DNA of 64,000 bases from Flectonema sp. DT1601 (lineage: Eukaryota). The position numbers and the translations under genes are program-made. The notes below the pieces were generated by a model, which saw only the letters and a program-made list of their open reading frames with translations, made no database searches and was not told the DNA's origin. Shown here piece after piece: positions 47,057-59,729 of the stretch (positions are counted from its first letter, which is position 1; each line of letters starts with the position of its first letter). Location of the stretch: contig OZ025794.1 in assembly GCA_964019425.1 (NCBI GenBank), positions 992,001-1,056,000 on the forward strand, given 5' to 3'.

Positions 47057-47944
47057 CTTTCCTCCCCACAATTTATTTCCGCTTTTAGAAAGTCTTACAC
47101 GACGAACATTAGAAGAAAAAAGAAGAAAAAAAAAAAAAAAGGGGGGAAATAGTGTAATTTTGAGGGAAACTTCTTTTTTGATTTCTTTTTTTGGAAAAAG
47201 GGGGGGAAAAAAATCCTTATATATCAAGTATTCGCTGCGAGAGGTTTGCCGGCATTCAGCCGACATACTTGTCAACCAAATTAACACAAAATCGGTGATT
47301 TTTTTTTTATTTTCTGCATGTGTGATTTTACGTACTGCTCAAAACAATTTAAAACCACTGCAGAGAGCCTTACGACTCCTTTCTAATGTTCCTTGTCGTG
47401 GAAATGGAATACAAGTGACGAAGGAAATAAAAACAGAAAAAACTAAGACTAAAAAATAGCTTGTTGGGAGATAATAGATAGTTAGTTAAAATAATGTAAA
47501 AAAAAAAAAAAAAAAGACCGTAGCATAATATTTCCATGTAATAACACGTGGATATAAAAAACAATAAAATAAATAAAAAAATAAAAATATCACAATACTG
47601 ACTAAAAAAAGTAGCATAAGCAGGTTAGAATTATCTGCTTCTAAACAAAATAAACATAACTCGTGCTCCAATCACATCTATGATATAAAAAGATACAAGT
47701 AGCAATATTGTAAAAATCTTCATTTTTTTTTTTTTTTTTTTTTCCTTCTGCGATTCAATTAAAACAAAAAAAAAAGAGGGGAGTATGGAAAAAAAAGTAT
47801 AATGAAGGGGATGGGAAATCACTGTTTGTTTCCACCAAAGGAAATTAACGACATCCTTTCGAAAAATTAGACGTGCTTTGTGTGTTGTGTGTTGTAACGT
47901 AATTTATGAATAAGAAGTGGGAAAATAATTTTCGGGAAATAGCT

Positions 47945-47976
<32 letters not shown>

Positions 47977-50900
47977 CCTTTAGTTCACTATATGTAAACC
48001 ATATACAAAGGACAAGTGCACATAAAGGTTTTCTCAGCCAATCAAGACGAGGAAGGGAAGGGGGTGCGCCGCCAACGCAAAAAAAAAAGAAAGAAAACTT
48101 GTGCATCCTTACAACTTGAATACGTCTTCTGAAAAAGGCTTTTTTTTTTTTTTTTTTTTTTTTAATTTTTTTTTTTTTTTTTTCGCAAACAGAACTACAA
48201 CGGAAGTCTCTTAAACTACTCCAAATCAACACCTCAGCCCTTAGAGCAAAAAAAAAAAAAAAATAGAAATGGGGAGTGGGAAGCTTCAGTCATATTCAAT
48301 TCTTTTTTTTTTCTTTTTTTTTTTTTTTCTTTTTTTTTTTTCCCTCTTTCCCATGCATCTTGTTCTGTTGTTTACTTGGTTGTGGGCTGCCAAAGAAACA
48401 CCAGCCTAAGATTATACGATATTTATTGATTGGACACACTCGTTGTATTAATATATGAAGGCCAACCTAAATAGAGGGGACTGGAATTCTGAGCCTGCAG
48501 AGTATCCATTCTTACTACAGGACAAAAAAAAAAAAAAAAAAAAAAAAGGACAAAAAAAAAAAAGGAGGAGGAGGAAGAGGGGAAATAAGTATCAAACTTT
48601 GAAAAAATAAAAAGAGGGGGGAAGGAAAAAAAAAAACATAACAAATCCGTTTTCCTTTGCAATAGACAAAGAATATAAGAAACACGGAAGAATAGAGCGC
48701 CATGTGAGATAACAGGCTATAAATAATTAGAAACTAATTGGACCCTCCTGAATAATATTAAATAAATAATTCGATTCGCCTGTACCGCCATCACAGGCAG
48801 GTAACGTGAACGTTAACCTGCTGCCGCACCCAGACAAGTCAAAGTAATGTATTTCTTTTTTTTTTTTCATTACATGCGCAAGGAGGAATAACGGAAATGC
48901 TTTTGATGTGCGGCCCAAAAGCTCCCAAAGAAAAAAAGGGAAGAAAAAAAAACAAGAAAAAAAAAGGAAGGAATGTGCGTGAATATGCAATAATAGCGCA
49001 ATTTTTTTTGTTTTTTTTTTGTTTTTTTTAAATTCCTCAACTCAGGTGAGGATTTATGAAAAAAAAAAACACTGCGCGATGCAAGGAAAGAAACAGCACC
49101 GCCTGGGACCATCCCGTTAGTACAAGAGACATATGGGTGAACAAAAGTTTTCATTCAAACAATCAGAACGGACACCTTCTAACCAAAAATAGTAAACTTC
49201 ACTGCAAGTAAGTTCAACAACACTGTCGTCGACTGGCCTTGCTTAGTGAATTACTGCTATACAGATATCTTGATACGCAAGGAAAGATGAATTGATGGCT
49301 TGTAATTCATTACTTATAATTAAAGCATTATCTCGCAAAGGGCTTTAAAAAAAAAAAAAAGAAATATGGTTGTGCCACTCGCGCTGACTTTTTTTTTTCT
49401 TTGTTTCCATTTTTTTCTTTTTCTCGCTTGTGTTTTTTTTTTTTTTTTTTCTTTTTGAGATATCCTCCCGTTACCCCTACTCCGAAATGACGACTCGACT
49501 CTCTTAGAGCAAGCGGCAACGAGAAAAAAGGCTTCCAGATGTATTGTGCTTGCACAGACCTAATCAATAAGGATGAACAAAAAAAGAAAAAAGCGAGAAA
49601 TCGGGAAAAAAGACAAACTGTTTTGAACAGTAATAAGAATACGGTGCAAAAAAAGAGAAAAAAAAAGGAAAACATCCTCAAAAAGAAAACTTAATACAAA
49701 GTGATGTGACTCACAAATAATGTGCTTAAATTCTTTTTTTTTAATAACGCATGAGGTTTTTCGTGCACAACGATGGCTCTTAACCTTTAATTGGGATCGG
49801 GTCTGGTTAACAATGACTTCGTTCTACATGCTCACTGTGATTCAAAAGTACCCGAACGCTTCATAGAGACTCACCTCAGGAAAAAACACTCCTAACCACT
49901 ACTACTCCTTGCGTATTAATAAACAAGAAGAAGTCACGTGAACAATGCAGGATGGCCAATGTCTAAATAAAACCCCACCCAACAGGGAAAGAAACGATTT
50001 TTTTTTTTTTGCAATGGAAGGGGCGTGAAGAATTCCAACAGGATCATTTCACATTATTTATTGAAAAAGCTTTTAAAGTTTTTTTTTTTTTTTTTTTTTG
50101 CGCTTGTTAAATGCAAAGAGAGCGGAAGGGAGGCTAAAATATGAAATTTTAAAAAAAAAAGGGGGGGGGAAAAAGCCATAGCGCACTCAAAAAAATAAGA
50201 GCGTTGTATTGTATCACAAGGAACATAACGGCAAAATCAGTTTTTTTTTGTTGTTGTTTTTTTTTTTTTTTTTTTTTTTTTTTTGTAAAAAAAGGAATAA
50301 TTGATTTTGCAATATAAAAAAAATACAATCGTAATGAAGCATAACGATAGTTAACATCTGATAAGGATATAGTGACTATTTTGAGCGCCTAAAAAAAAAA
50401 AAAGAAGGTAAATGAAGATAAATGACATTGTTGCAAGCCTTTACATGGTTTTTCGTCAGAACCCCTCACCGGAGAGAATAAACATTATGTCTACACTTTC
50501 ATGTTGAAAAATTTGTATTACCAAACATGTCTTCCTGTAAGGGGTAAGCATTTTTTTTTTATTTTTTTAAAAATTTCTCTTTTTTGTTTTGTTTTATTGT
50601 TTTATTCGCTCCGTTGAAGGAACCAACGGGATAAAAAAAAGAGGATAAAAAAAGAGAACGGGGGGGAAAAAAAAAGAATAAATAAATAAGGGAAACCCCC
50701 CTGACTATAACACAATACTTTCCCGGAGAGGAAAATCTGAAAAGTGGTTTGCTGTAAGATCTAAAATGAAAGAATTTAAATTCCCTGCAGTTTAGTACCT
50801 TTCTTCGTAACCATTAGTAGGCCTATTCTGATTTACGAGGCGATTTTCTCTTTTTTACCAAAAAACCAACGAGGCTCTTTTTTTTTTTTTTTTTCCTTTG

Positions 50901-51610
50901 AAGTCAGTCGGATGATATCTGCGTGTTGAAGATTAGCTGTTTTCCAAAAAAAAAAAAAAAAAAAAAAAGAAAAGAAAAAAAAAAAAAAAAAAATATGACT
51001 GCACACCCAGAAAAAGTTAACAGAATCGTCCTTACAAATAATATCGCCAGAAAGGCGCAGAAAACGGAAAAAAAATAACATAATGAACAGCACGATGAAA
51101 AGAGAAGAAAGAAAACAAGAGCGACGGATGAATAGTAATAAACATAACATTAAGAACCATCGATAACTGTGTAGTGAGTATTTTGTATGTATAAAAGGGG
51201 GGAAACAAAAATAAACAAAGGAATGAGAGATAAGTATATATTGCCGAGCTGTAAATAGCAAAAAAAAAAAGAATTTTCTTTTTCCCCCTTTCTCTCCTTT
51301 GGGAAAAAAAAAAAAAAAAAAAAAAAAAATGGACGGGTATGTGAAAGACACAGCTTCACACTTTCAAAAAAAGAAATGAAAGAATCAGGGAAAACTTGCC
51401 AGACCTCTTATCGATTTACCGTTGATATCATTTTCGGATGTGTCTTTAATCTTACCTAAAAATAACTGGTTTAGATCAGTCACGCGAAGCAGATACACAA
51501 AATAAATGGCACTCGAAGGTGGGGTCTTTTCCTCGGCATCAACGCAACCGTAGTAAAGCACTATATTTTATTTACTATTTCATAATATTTAGCAGTAACG
51601 CTCTTTTTTG

Positions 51611-51646
<36 letters not shown>

Positions 51647-52828
51647 CCCGCTTCTTTTCTTTTTCCCCCCTGCCCTAGCACCACCTAGAGACCCACCCAA
51701 AACAGGTTTTAAAAAAAAACACCCACATGTATACATCCGCTCGCTGCATAATTACGTTTGCTCGCGAAAGATGTACAACGCACAACTTGAAAAACTCTAT
51801 GAGAAGAAGAGACGGATTTAAAAAAAGGAAATTAAAACATTTAATACTGACCTCAAGATTGGTACAGAAAATAAATGGTGGCTCCTGTCTTCTCAGGTTT
51901 CCTCTCTAAGGTTCGTACTTTCCACAAAAAAAAAAAAAAAAAAAAAACCTGCGTTGGGTAGCACAAAAAAGTGGCACAACTCGAAAAAAAAAAGTTTCAG
52001 AGGTACCATTTCAGAGCAACAGGGGTGTGACAACTCAAAGTCACTTCTGAACACTCAATGGCGTGGAACCAAGAGGATAAAATCAGCACAGATAGCTAAT
52101 TATATGATACATGCATCCTTTTTGTCTTTTTTGTTTTTTGTTTTTTGCTTTGTTTCTTTTTGTCCTCCTCCCTCCCTTCCTAGTGTGTTAAAAATAGTCT
52201 CTCATATGGAAGTATCAAAAATACCCAAAGGGAAGACAAGCGTATCTTTTTTTTTAACCTCAGAAGTACCTGAATGGTAAGCCCTGGGACATGTAATGTG
52301 CCTTAGTCGTACTGCAGGTTAATTTTCTTGAAGACGAAAAAAAAAGAGAGCTTCTTCTCACTGGGAAGAGATCAAAAAAAAAAAAAAACTAATTTTTAAC
52401 AAAATATAAGAAAAATAAAGTTAGAAAAATAAAGAAGAAAGAAAGAAAAAGGGAAATTTCTTTTTTTGTTCGTTTTTTCGGTTTTGCATTAAACGCGCAA
52501 GCGAAAAAACGTAACAAAACTTCCCTACAAATATTATCTAATCTGAGCTTCTTTTTTTTTTTTTTTTTTTTTTAAATTGTTGCCTAGCTACTGGGGGATT
52601 AACAGAAAAAAAGAAAAGAGAAGAATAAATAAACAACAAAAAAAAAAATTATATTTTTCTCTCTGCATGTTGACAACAATGTAAAAAAAAAAAAAAAAAA
52701 AAAACGAAATACTGCTTCTGCTGTAAATGAGAGGATTGCGAAGATAACGAAGGAATAAAACCACTCAGATAAGCCTTATATATTTTGTGGGATCGCAGAC
52801 AATATTACCGTAGCACAGGGAAATAGTT

Positions 52829-52899
52829 AAATAACGGCTCTTAATCTGAATATTTTCTTCTCCGACTTCGTCGGTGCAAAAAAAAAAAAAAAAAAAAAA
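52829..52899 (+). repeat. Dispersed repeat family F, best-preserved copy
   Basis: aaataacggctcttaatctgaatattttcttctCCGACttcGTCGGtgc(A)n. Confidence 0.7.
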
Positions 52900-53601
52900 C
52901 GTCGACAAAAACATCGAACGTTTAAAAAAATAACAACGTTTCTTCATTCATCTCATTGGCTGCCCTTACTATCTCGTGTAAAGAACATTCACTGGGATGA
53001 ACCAAAATTGACCGGTAGTAATAATCGAGGGTTTTTTTTTTATTCTTTTTTTTTTTTTTTAAAACGATTTCGTCACACTAAACTCTTCAGTGAAGTAGGA
53101 ACGCAATTTATTTTGAAGAGAGGGGGGGGAAGGCTATAAATAAATATTATTTGGTAATTTTTTTAATAAAGTTCTTCTTTAGACTTGTGAAGCGTTTTTC
53201 ATTACGGAATAGGGAAATAGGAAATGCGAGTTCGAGAATAGTATTATGAAAGAAAAAATAATAATAATAATAATAACTATAAAAAAAAAAATAATAATAA
53301 CAATAAAAAAAAAAGGGACAGCGGAGGCGCGATACATAAAGAATATTCACAAGGTAAAGCTGTGAAAAAAACTTCACCTGAGAAGGTTTTTCGAAGAAAA
53401 GAACTGCTTACAGTGAGCCGTTTAGTAGTACTTTTTTTTTTTTTTTCTCTTTCTTTTCCGTTCTTAAAAAACCATATTTTCCGGACACTACAGTCTATAT
53501 CGCTTAACTCCACCGCCAACAAGTATAGGGAAAGCAAAGTTGTTGAAAGCCATGAGATTTGAGCATCACTGCTTCCTCTTCTTCTTCTTCTTCTTCTTCT
53601 T

Positions 53602-53635
<34 letters not shown>

Positions 53636-55013
53636 AAAAAATACGCCCCGAGAACATTTAATTCAGGAAAAGAAAAAAATATAAATAAATAAACAAATAA
53701 ATAAAACAAAACAGGGAACTGTACTTTCCAAAATTCAGCACCGAACAACAACAATAATGTCGTTGCCAGAGGAACTTGTTTAATCCATTTTTTCGGGTTT
53801 TATCGGTTGCTCATATTTTTGATAAAGAGCAACTCGTCTTAAAACAGCTTGTCGAAAAGAAAGATAGGATTAAGGTTTCTTTTTTTTTTCTTTTTTTTTT
53901 TTTTGCCATATTCTGTTGACAGAAGAAGATGCGAGAACAAAGTGCAGTGAACGTCGATGAATTAACATCTACGTTCCCTCCTCCCTATTCTCTAAACAAA
54001 AATGTGAATCTTTATGAGTAGAGAATAAAGGGATAACATTAAAGAAAGAAAAAATTTTATAAAAAAAAAAAAAAAAATTGACGTTTACGCACGAGCAGCT
54101 CCCTATACTTTTATTTATTTATTTATTTTTGAAATCCTAACACTTGTACATCATGGTAAGCTTACGGGATATCAATCATTCGATTCTACACAACCGTAAA
54201 GACTCCCTCAGGTGTGAAGGGACGTTGTGACCATCAATATTTGTGTTAAGACCCACTTGACATAAGAGCAAGTGTTAAGGATGCTTGATAACACCTATTT
54301 TCGCCAAGAGAGGAGGCGCATGCCACAGGGGGTGAAACCAAATAAAATAAAATAAAAACAGAAATTTTATATAAAGATCTAAGCATGCTGCTAATGTTTT
54401 TTTTAATTTTTTTATTATTTTTTTTTTTTTTTTTTTCTCTCTCTTTTTTTAAAAAAGTAAACGAGAAACGTGAATGACCTGCTCGTTATAAACAGATACT
54501 GGATGCAAAATATGACTAACAAAATAAACTGAACAAAAACAAAGTAACCTGTGAGCTGACCTCACATGGGTGTATATGCGTGACGGCGCGAGGGTAGAAT
54601 GAGATAAATGGAAATTAGATTTTGTTTTGTTGTAGTTGTTTTAAATAACAGCAACAACACTATCACGTAATTAAGTAAAAAAAACGAAAAATGGGGGAGG
54701 TGGGAAAGCAAAAACAAATGTCAACTTTTTACTTCTGGTTTTTTTTTTTTTTTCTTTTTTTTTTTCTTCTTTTTTCCTTCCGGAAAAAAAGCAAACCATT
54801 AAAACGCGAAGACGAAGGGGGAAGGAAGAACCCACAATAGGGACAAAATAGAAACTGAAGCATTCACGAAAGTATGAGTACTTTTTCCTTTACAACGACA
54901 ACCTTGCAGGATAATTTTAACAAAAAAAAAAAAGTAGCAAAAAAACAAAAAAAAGAAACGAGTCGAGAGAGGGAAGATATAAAAAGGGAAAAAAAATGGT
55001 GAAGGAAAAATTT

Positions 55014-56609
55014 TTAAACAATTGCAGTAGTCGCAGCAACAGTATGACCCCTTACCGAGAGCGGAAGCTGAATATCCGTTCTTTGATAACTCTGTCTAGT
55101 AGGGTCATACATTGGTACAGGCATAGTGTTAGCAGCCTGAAGTTGTGTTTGAAAGTGAAGTTGTTGTCCTGGAAGCTGCAATTGTTGTGTTGGTAAAATT
55201 GCTGGCTGAGTTGGAATTTGGATCTGCTGTTGAACTGGAAGCTGAAGCTGTTGTTGCACTGGGAATTGAATGGCTGAAGCCTGATGCTGAACTTGATAAG
55301 GAAATGATTGGTAAACTGGTTGAACAGTTGCTGTAGGAGCAACAGCCTGATGTTGTGGAAATGCAGCACCACCTGCAATGGAATAGTCAGCATGGCTGAC
55401 AAGCGTCGTCCCCAAGTTACTGGCACTCAAATTTGCTGCCTGTTGGTGTGATGGTGAATTTGTGATCGAAAGAACAGGTGTTGACATCCCACTGGATACG
55501 CTTGTTGTTGGACTCATTCTGGAACTCTCGTAGAATCTCATAAAGATTTCACAACCATCATAGACTGTGGCATTCAATGCAAAAGATAAGAACGCATCAC
55601 TCACTGAAGGGAATCTAATTAAAACAGTACTTTGATTTATGTTATCATCAGCAGTGCAAATAAAGTTAACAAACCCTCTTTCCTTCAATGCTTGTTCAAC
55701 AGTTTGCTTATTATAAAAACCCTTATCAGGTGTGAGGTTCACAGCAACACAGTCTGAAGGCTTTGCCTTGTAAACGGATACTTTTGGTGTTTCGGAAGTG
55801 TTCTTTTGTTTGGTATGAACATTTCCAGTTCGGGACCAAGAAGCAGCATTTGGTTTGTAGCTCTGGGTCACTTCGAGAGTGAAAGGCTTGCCATTTACAA
55901 CTAAATTAAGAGCATCAGTATAGTCTCTGAAGCTGGTTGCTTCTTCATTGTTCATAAACTGAAATAGAGCGCATCCAGTTTGTCCTTCTTTGAGCATTCT
56001 AGCTGATACGAGACTTCCATATTGGCCAGCCATTCTCCAAAAGGTGTCGAGTGGAATGCTGCATGTCTTATCTTTGGTGATTAGACCAGACACGTGCATT
56101 ACATTTCCAACTTCTCCTAAAAATGTAGATTTCAGAATGCACCACAATTTAGGAAGTGCGGATTTACGTTCTCCGTTTCTAATCATTTGGTTGATGTTGT
56201 GGAATGATCTGCACTTTGAGTCCTTTCCTAACTCAAGGCTTTCTTTTGGAGAAGACATGACTACAAGTTGAACGCCTCCAATTATTTCACCATCGAGACC
56301 TTCATGACAACTTCTAGCGTGATCAACACTTTCAAACTGGACAAGTAATTGTTGATTTTCATCTTTTTTAAATAATTTGACCATCTCAACTACTCCGTAC
56401 TGAGAGAGAACCCAAAACCAGGTCAAGTCATCCTCAGATAATGTGATCGGCAATGGGTTGGAAACTTTCTTTTGGAGAATAATTAACACAACCCTTGTTG
56501 GTTCATTCGTGGAGGAACCTCTCTTGGTATTATTCCTAGCAGGCATTGGAATTGGATTGAGTATACGTAACGTGAAGCTGTCGGGGGAAGAATGTTTGAT
56601 TAGGTTCAT
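55014..56609 (-). CDS. Multi-RRM RNA-binding protein, PTB/hnRNP-L-like, with Q-rich C-terminus
   Basis: RRM-like segments VLSQYGVVEMVKLFKK..QQLLVQF, VMHVSGL...GQYGSLVSARML...CALFQF and TVLIRFPSVSDAF. The start could be 56609 or 56546. Confidence 0.8.
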   Translation of the reverse strand: MNLIKHSSPDSFTLRILNPIPMPARNNTKRGSSTNEPTRVVLIILQKKVSNPLPITLSEDDLTWFWVLSQYGVVEMVKLFKKDENQQLLVQFESVDHARSCHEGLDGEIIGGVQLVVMSSPKESLELGKDSKCRSFHNINQMIRNGERKSALPKLWCILKSTFLGEVGNVMHVSGLITKDKTCSIPLDTFWRMAGQYGSLVSARMLKEGQTGCALFQFMNNEEATSFRDYTDALNLVVNGKPFTLEVTQSYKPNAASWSRTGNVHTKQKNTSETPKVSVYKAKPSDCVAVNLTPDKGFYNKQTVEQALKERGFVNFICTADDNINQSTVLIRFPSVSDAFLSFALNATVYDGCEIFMRFYESSRMSPTTSVSSGMSTPVLSITNSPSHQQAANLSASNLGTTLVSHADYSIAGGAAFPQHQAVAPTATVQPVYQSFPYQVQHQASAIQFPVQQQLQLPVQQQIQIPTQPAILPTQQLQLPGQQLHFQTQLQAANTMPVPMYDPTRQSYQRTDIQLPLSVRGHTVAATTAIV

Positions 56610-56692
56610 ACGAATATAAATCTCTTGTATTGTATCAGAGCTCAATAATAAAATTAAAAAAAACTCATGACACAAGTGACTAAAATGTTGAT

Positions 56693-56806
56693 ATTAATAT
56701 AAAGCAACTTGAGGGGGGTTCGGCCTAACCTGGTTGCAATGAAGAGAGACTAACAGTTAGTTTTGATAAAATCCCATATGTGCTGTCGAATATGGGGATT
56801 CGGGGG
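56693..56806 (+). repeat. Dispersed repeat family E, copy 2
   Basis: Matches 16678-16808. Confidence 0.9.
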
Positions 56807-57202
56807 AGGAGTTACTTGTAAAACAGATAGATGAACATTACTAAGTACGATATGGATAACACCATTTGATATCTTCATCACCTGATGAGGAAAGTATTAG
56901 TAAGTTCTGAAAGCAACGATGTCAGTTTTCACCGAACCTACAAGCAACTTGACCGAAGCAAAAAAAAAAAAAAAGAAAAAAAAAAACAATAATAATGCTC
57001 AATGCAACACAGGCCTACAGCCTTCTGCAATTCACACTCAATTTAAACTTTTGTTTTGTCATTTCTTTTTTTTTTTTTTCCTTTTTTTCTTTGCAATACA
57101 GCAGAACAAGAGGTTGTCTCCCAAGAAGAATATCAGTGATCCACTACGTGTCTCACTTAAGTGATTAAGATCTCAACTGCCAGATAGTGTACATTAATAC
57201 AG

Positions 57203-58300
57203 TTATTTAATGGCATCTTTGATAATTAATTTTATGGACTCTTTTTGTTTGATATTGTTGGTCTCTACTGTTTCAAGAATTTCCTTACAGAGACTCGTGG
57301 CATATGAATCTCCATGAAGAGCGTGTGGAGCAGCAGTAGAAGCAACAGTTTTAAGAAGGAAATCAGCATCTTCAATGTTGTGTCCTATTTCTTGGTAACG
57401 GTGAAGAGTGTCTCCTGATCCCTTAACGTCACCTCTTTGATTGTATCCAATTGCTAGTCCCTCATAACAACCTGAATTAGTAGCATCTGACTGTTCTGCT
57501 TTCCTAACAACATAATTCGCTCCATTGATGTCTCTAGCTGTTCCACAAGCCCATGACAACGATCCATTTACGTCTGCCCCTTTGACGTTTCCTAATCCGA
57601 CGTGTTCCATTCGTTTTAGAACCTCCCAAGCCTTTAGTCCACCGTATGATCCTTTTGCAACGCTGATGTAGTTGTCGCGATTTGCTTCTCCAAGTCCAAA
57701 TTTTGGAAGATTCTGAAGTAATGAACGTGCGAACAAGTTAGTATTCGGACTGCTTAACTTATCAAAAGTAGCATCAACTGTTTTAATAGGAGAGATATCT
57801 TCTGTTGCAAAGAATTTCAGCGTCTCTAACGCCAATCGATTCTGACCAGTCATCGCATAAGCAGATATCAGTTCAGCTGCAGAGTCTGGTAAGACTGAGA
57901 AGTCTTTGTCTTGCATCATGGAAGCAGTGCGGGCAGCTTCGTCAATAGCACCAACCTTTGACATAATTGATAACAGAGTGTTGTATGTCTTTTCTCCTAT
58001 GTCGGCCTTAGCGTCAATCATCATTAGAAAATATTCCCAAATTGCTTTGGCGTCTTGCGGTCCTGGGTTAGGTAGTTTTTCTAGTCTACCAATTAAAAAT
58101 TTTGAACATCTGTCGTCAGTCCAAAGCAGTGATAAACTTCGTGCTTTAGGAACAGAAATTGGAACAGAAGAAACAGGAGATGAGGAAGAAGCAGCAGTTG
58201 GAACTATAATTCTTTTCGGCTCAACAACTCGAACTACATTCGGAGTTTTCACTGCCCACGGCATTGCGCTAGTCGCGCCCCTCAGTACTACTCTTGACAT
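57203..58300 (-). CDS. PPR-containing protein, probably mitochondrial
   Basis: Presequence-like MSRVVLRGATSA; PPR-like motifs TYNTLLSIMSKVGAIDEAARTASMMQDKDFSV and ELISAYAMTGQNRLALETLKFF. Confidence 0.8.
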   Translation of the reverse strand: MSRVVLRGATSAMPWAVKTPNVVRVVEPKRIIVPTAASSSSPVSSVPISVPKARSLSLLWTDDRCSKFLIGRLEKLPNPGPQDAKAIWEYFLMMIDAKADIGEKTYNTLLSIMSKVGAIDEAARTASMMQDKDFSVLPDSAAELISAYAMTGQNRLALETLKFFATEDISPIKTVDATFDKLSSPNTNLFARSLLQNLPKFGLGEANRDNYISVAKGSYGGLKAWEVLKRMEHVGLGNVKGADVNGSLSWACGTARDINGANYVVRKAEQSDATNSGCYEGLAIGYNQRGDVKGSGDTLHRYQEIGHNIEDADFLLKTVASTAAPHALHGDSYATSLCKEILETVETNNIKQKESIKLIIKDAIK

Positions 58301-59229
58301 GATACACAACGTCCTGATGGTATAAATAATGTTTTGACAATTATCAAATAAATTAAAAAACATAAAATTAACCCCCTCCCTTCTATTCCATTTGATATTG
58401 AATTGCTGTATAATTAATAACATGATAGTCCACAGAAACAAACAATAAATAAAATAGTCGGATTTATCTATCTCCGTGAGAGAGGAAGACCACACGACTC
58501 AAGAATGACTCAAGAATATCTTGCAGTTCTTTGTTTGCGGTACGTAGGTAAAAGTCACATCACATTAAGTGGAGTAGTGTTTCACATTTGTTCATTTATT
58601 CGACCGGATAAGGTACTGACAGTGAGGTGATTCTACTACACTTTTTAGCGACATTTTTTTTTTTTTTTTTTCTCCTTTTTTTTTGCTAACAGGCAGTTTG
58701 TAGAACAACAAAAGGAACTCCCGAATTTTATTTTTATTTATTTATTTACGAAGCCTAGGAAGCCAAAAGCCAGGAAAAGCTCACAGAGTAACAGTTATAT
58801 CGCTACCAGCAACCGTGAGACTCTCACAGACGATAAGAGACGTAGAATAACCTGGAACAAATGACTACCTAAACCCACCGTCCACGCGAGCAGACAGTGT
58901 TAGAGACGGCTGATAACGCCAATTTTCGAATGAATTCCTCTTTTTTTTCAACAATTTATGCTGCCGCAACAACAGCTGCTAAGAAAAAAAATGTTCGAAA
59001 CAAAAAAAAAAAAAAAAAAAATTGACGTGACAAAAAAAATTAACTAAGCAGAATGGATCTTCAGTTTAAAGTCGCCCGCCAAGTCCAACACAATAAAATA
59101 ATAACTGACGGCAGGGGTCAAGAAATATAAACGTTCATAAAGGGAAAGGAAATCGTTGGAAAGAAGAAAAAGTAGAGGAAGGGGGGGATTAACTTTTCGA
59201 TTCTGTAAGTCTCATACAAATGGATTGAA

Positions 59230-59647
59230 CATAACGATAATTTAACATTAGTTCCAGATGCAGTGACTACAAGAAGGGGTACTTGAATAAATAAATCAAG
59301 GATGCACGCAATAAATTAGACATGAATCATCATTTCTGAATTCCGTCTGCAAATCGCATTCTTCACTTAAGGAGGGGAAGTGAAACTTTCTTTGAGAACT
59401 GTAAAACAGTAACAATTTCATTAACAAAAGAGTTGGCTTTTATCATAAACAAAGCAGAACAGTAACATAACACTTGTTGATGTTTTGTTTGTGTCACGAA
59501 ACCGTGAAACCGACTTATAAAGCTGATAAGGCTAAAGGAGGTTTACGCGTGTCGCCAATATTCTTTTTCGTTCTTACAATACTCGGTAAATGCAAAAAGA
59601 ATTATTATTATATCAAGTACTTTACTGAAAAGATATCTGTATTTGTT
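59230..59647 (+). repeat. Composite of dispersed repeat modules B, A(5'), D, A(3')
   Basis: Matches to 26941-26981, 30355-30400, 21430-21517 and 30420-30460. Confidence 0.8.
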
Positions 59648-59729
59648 TCAAAGAAAATGTACGTTCAGAAAAAAGAAAAAAAAAAGAAAACATAAAAAGG
59701 GAATTTTTTTTTTTTTTTTAATATGTCAA

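Noticed and set aside
45358..54995. Numerous poly-Lys/poly-Phe ORFs (also at 23-24.5, 27, 30-31, 37 and 40 kb)
   Set aside because: Products of A/T homopolymer runs, not coding.
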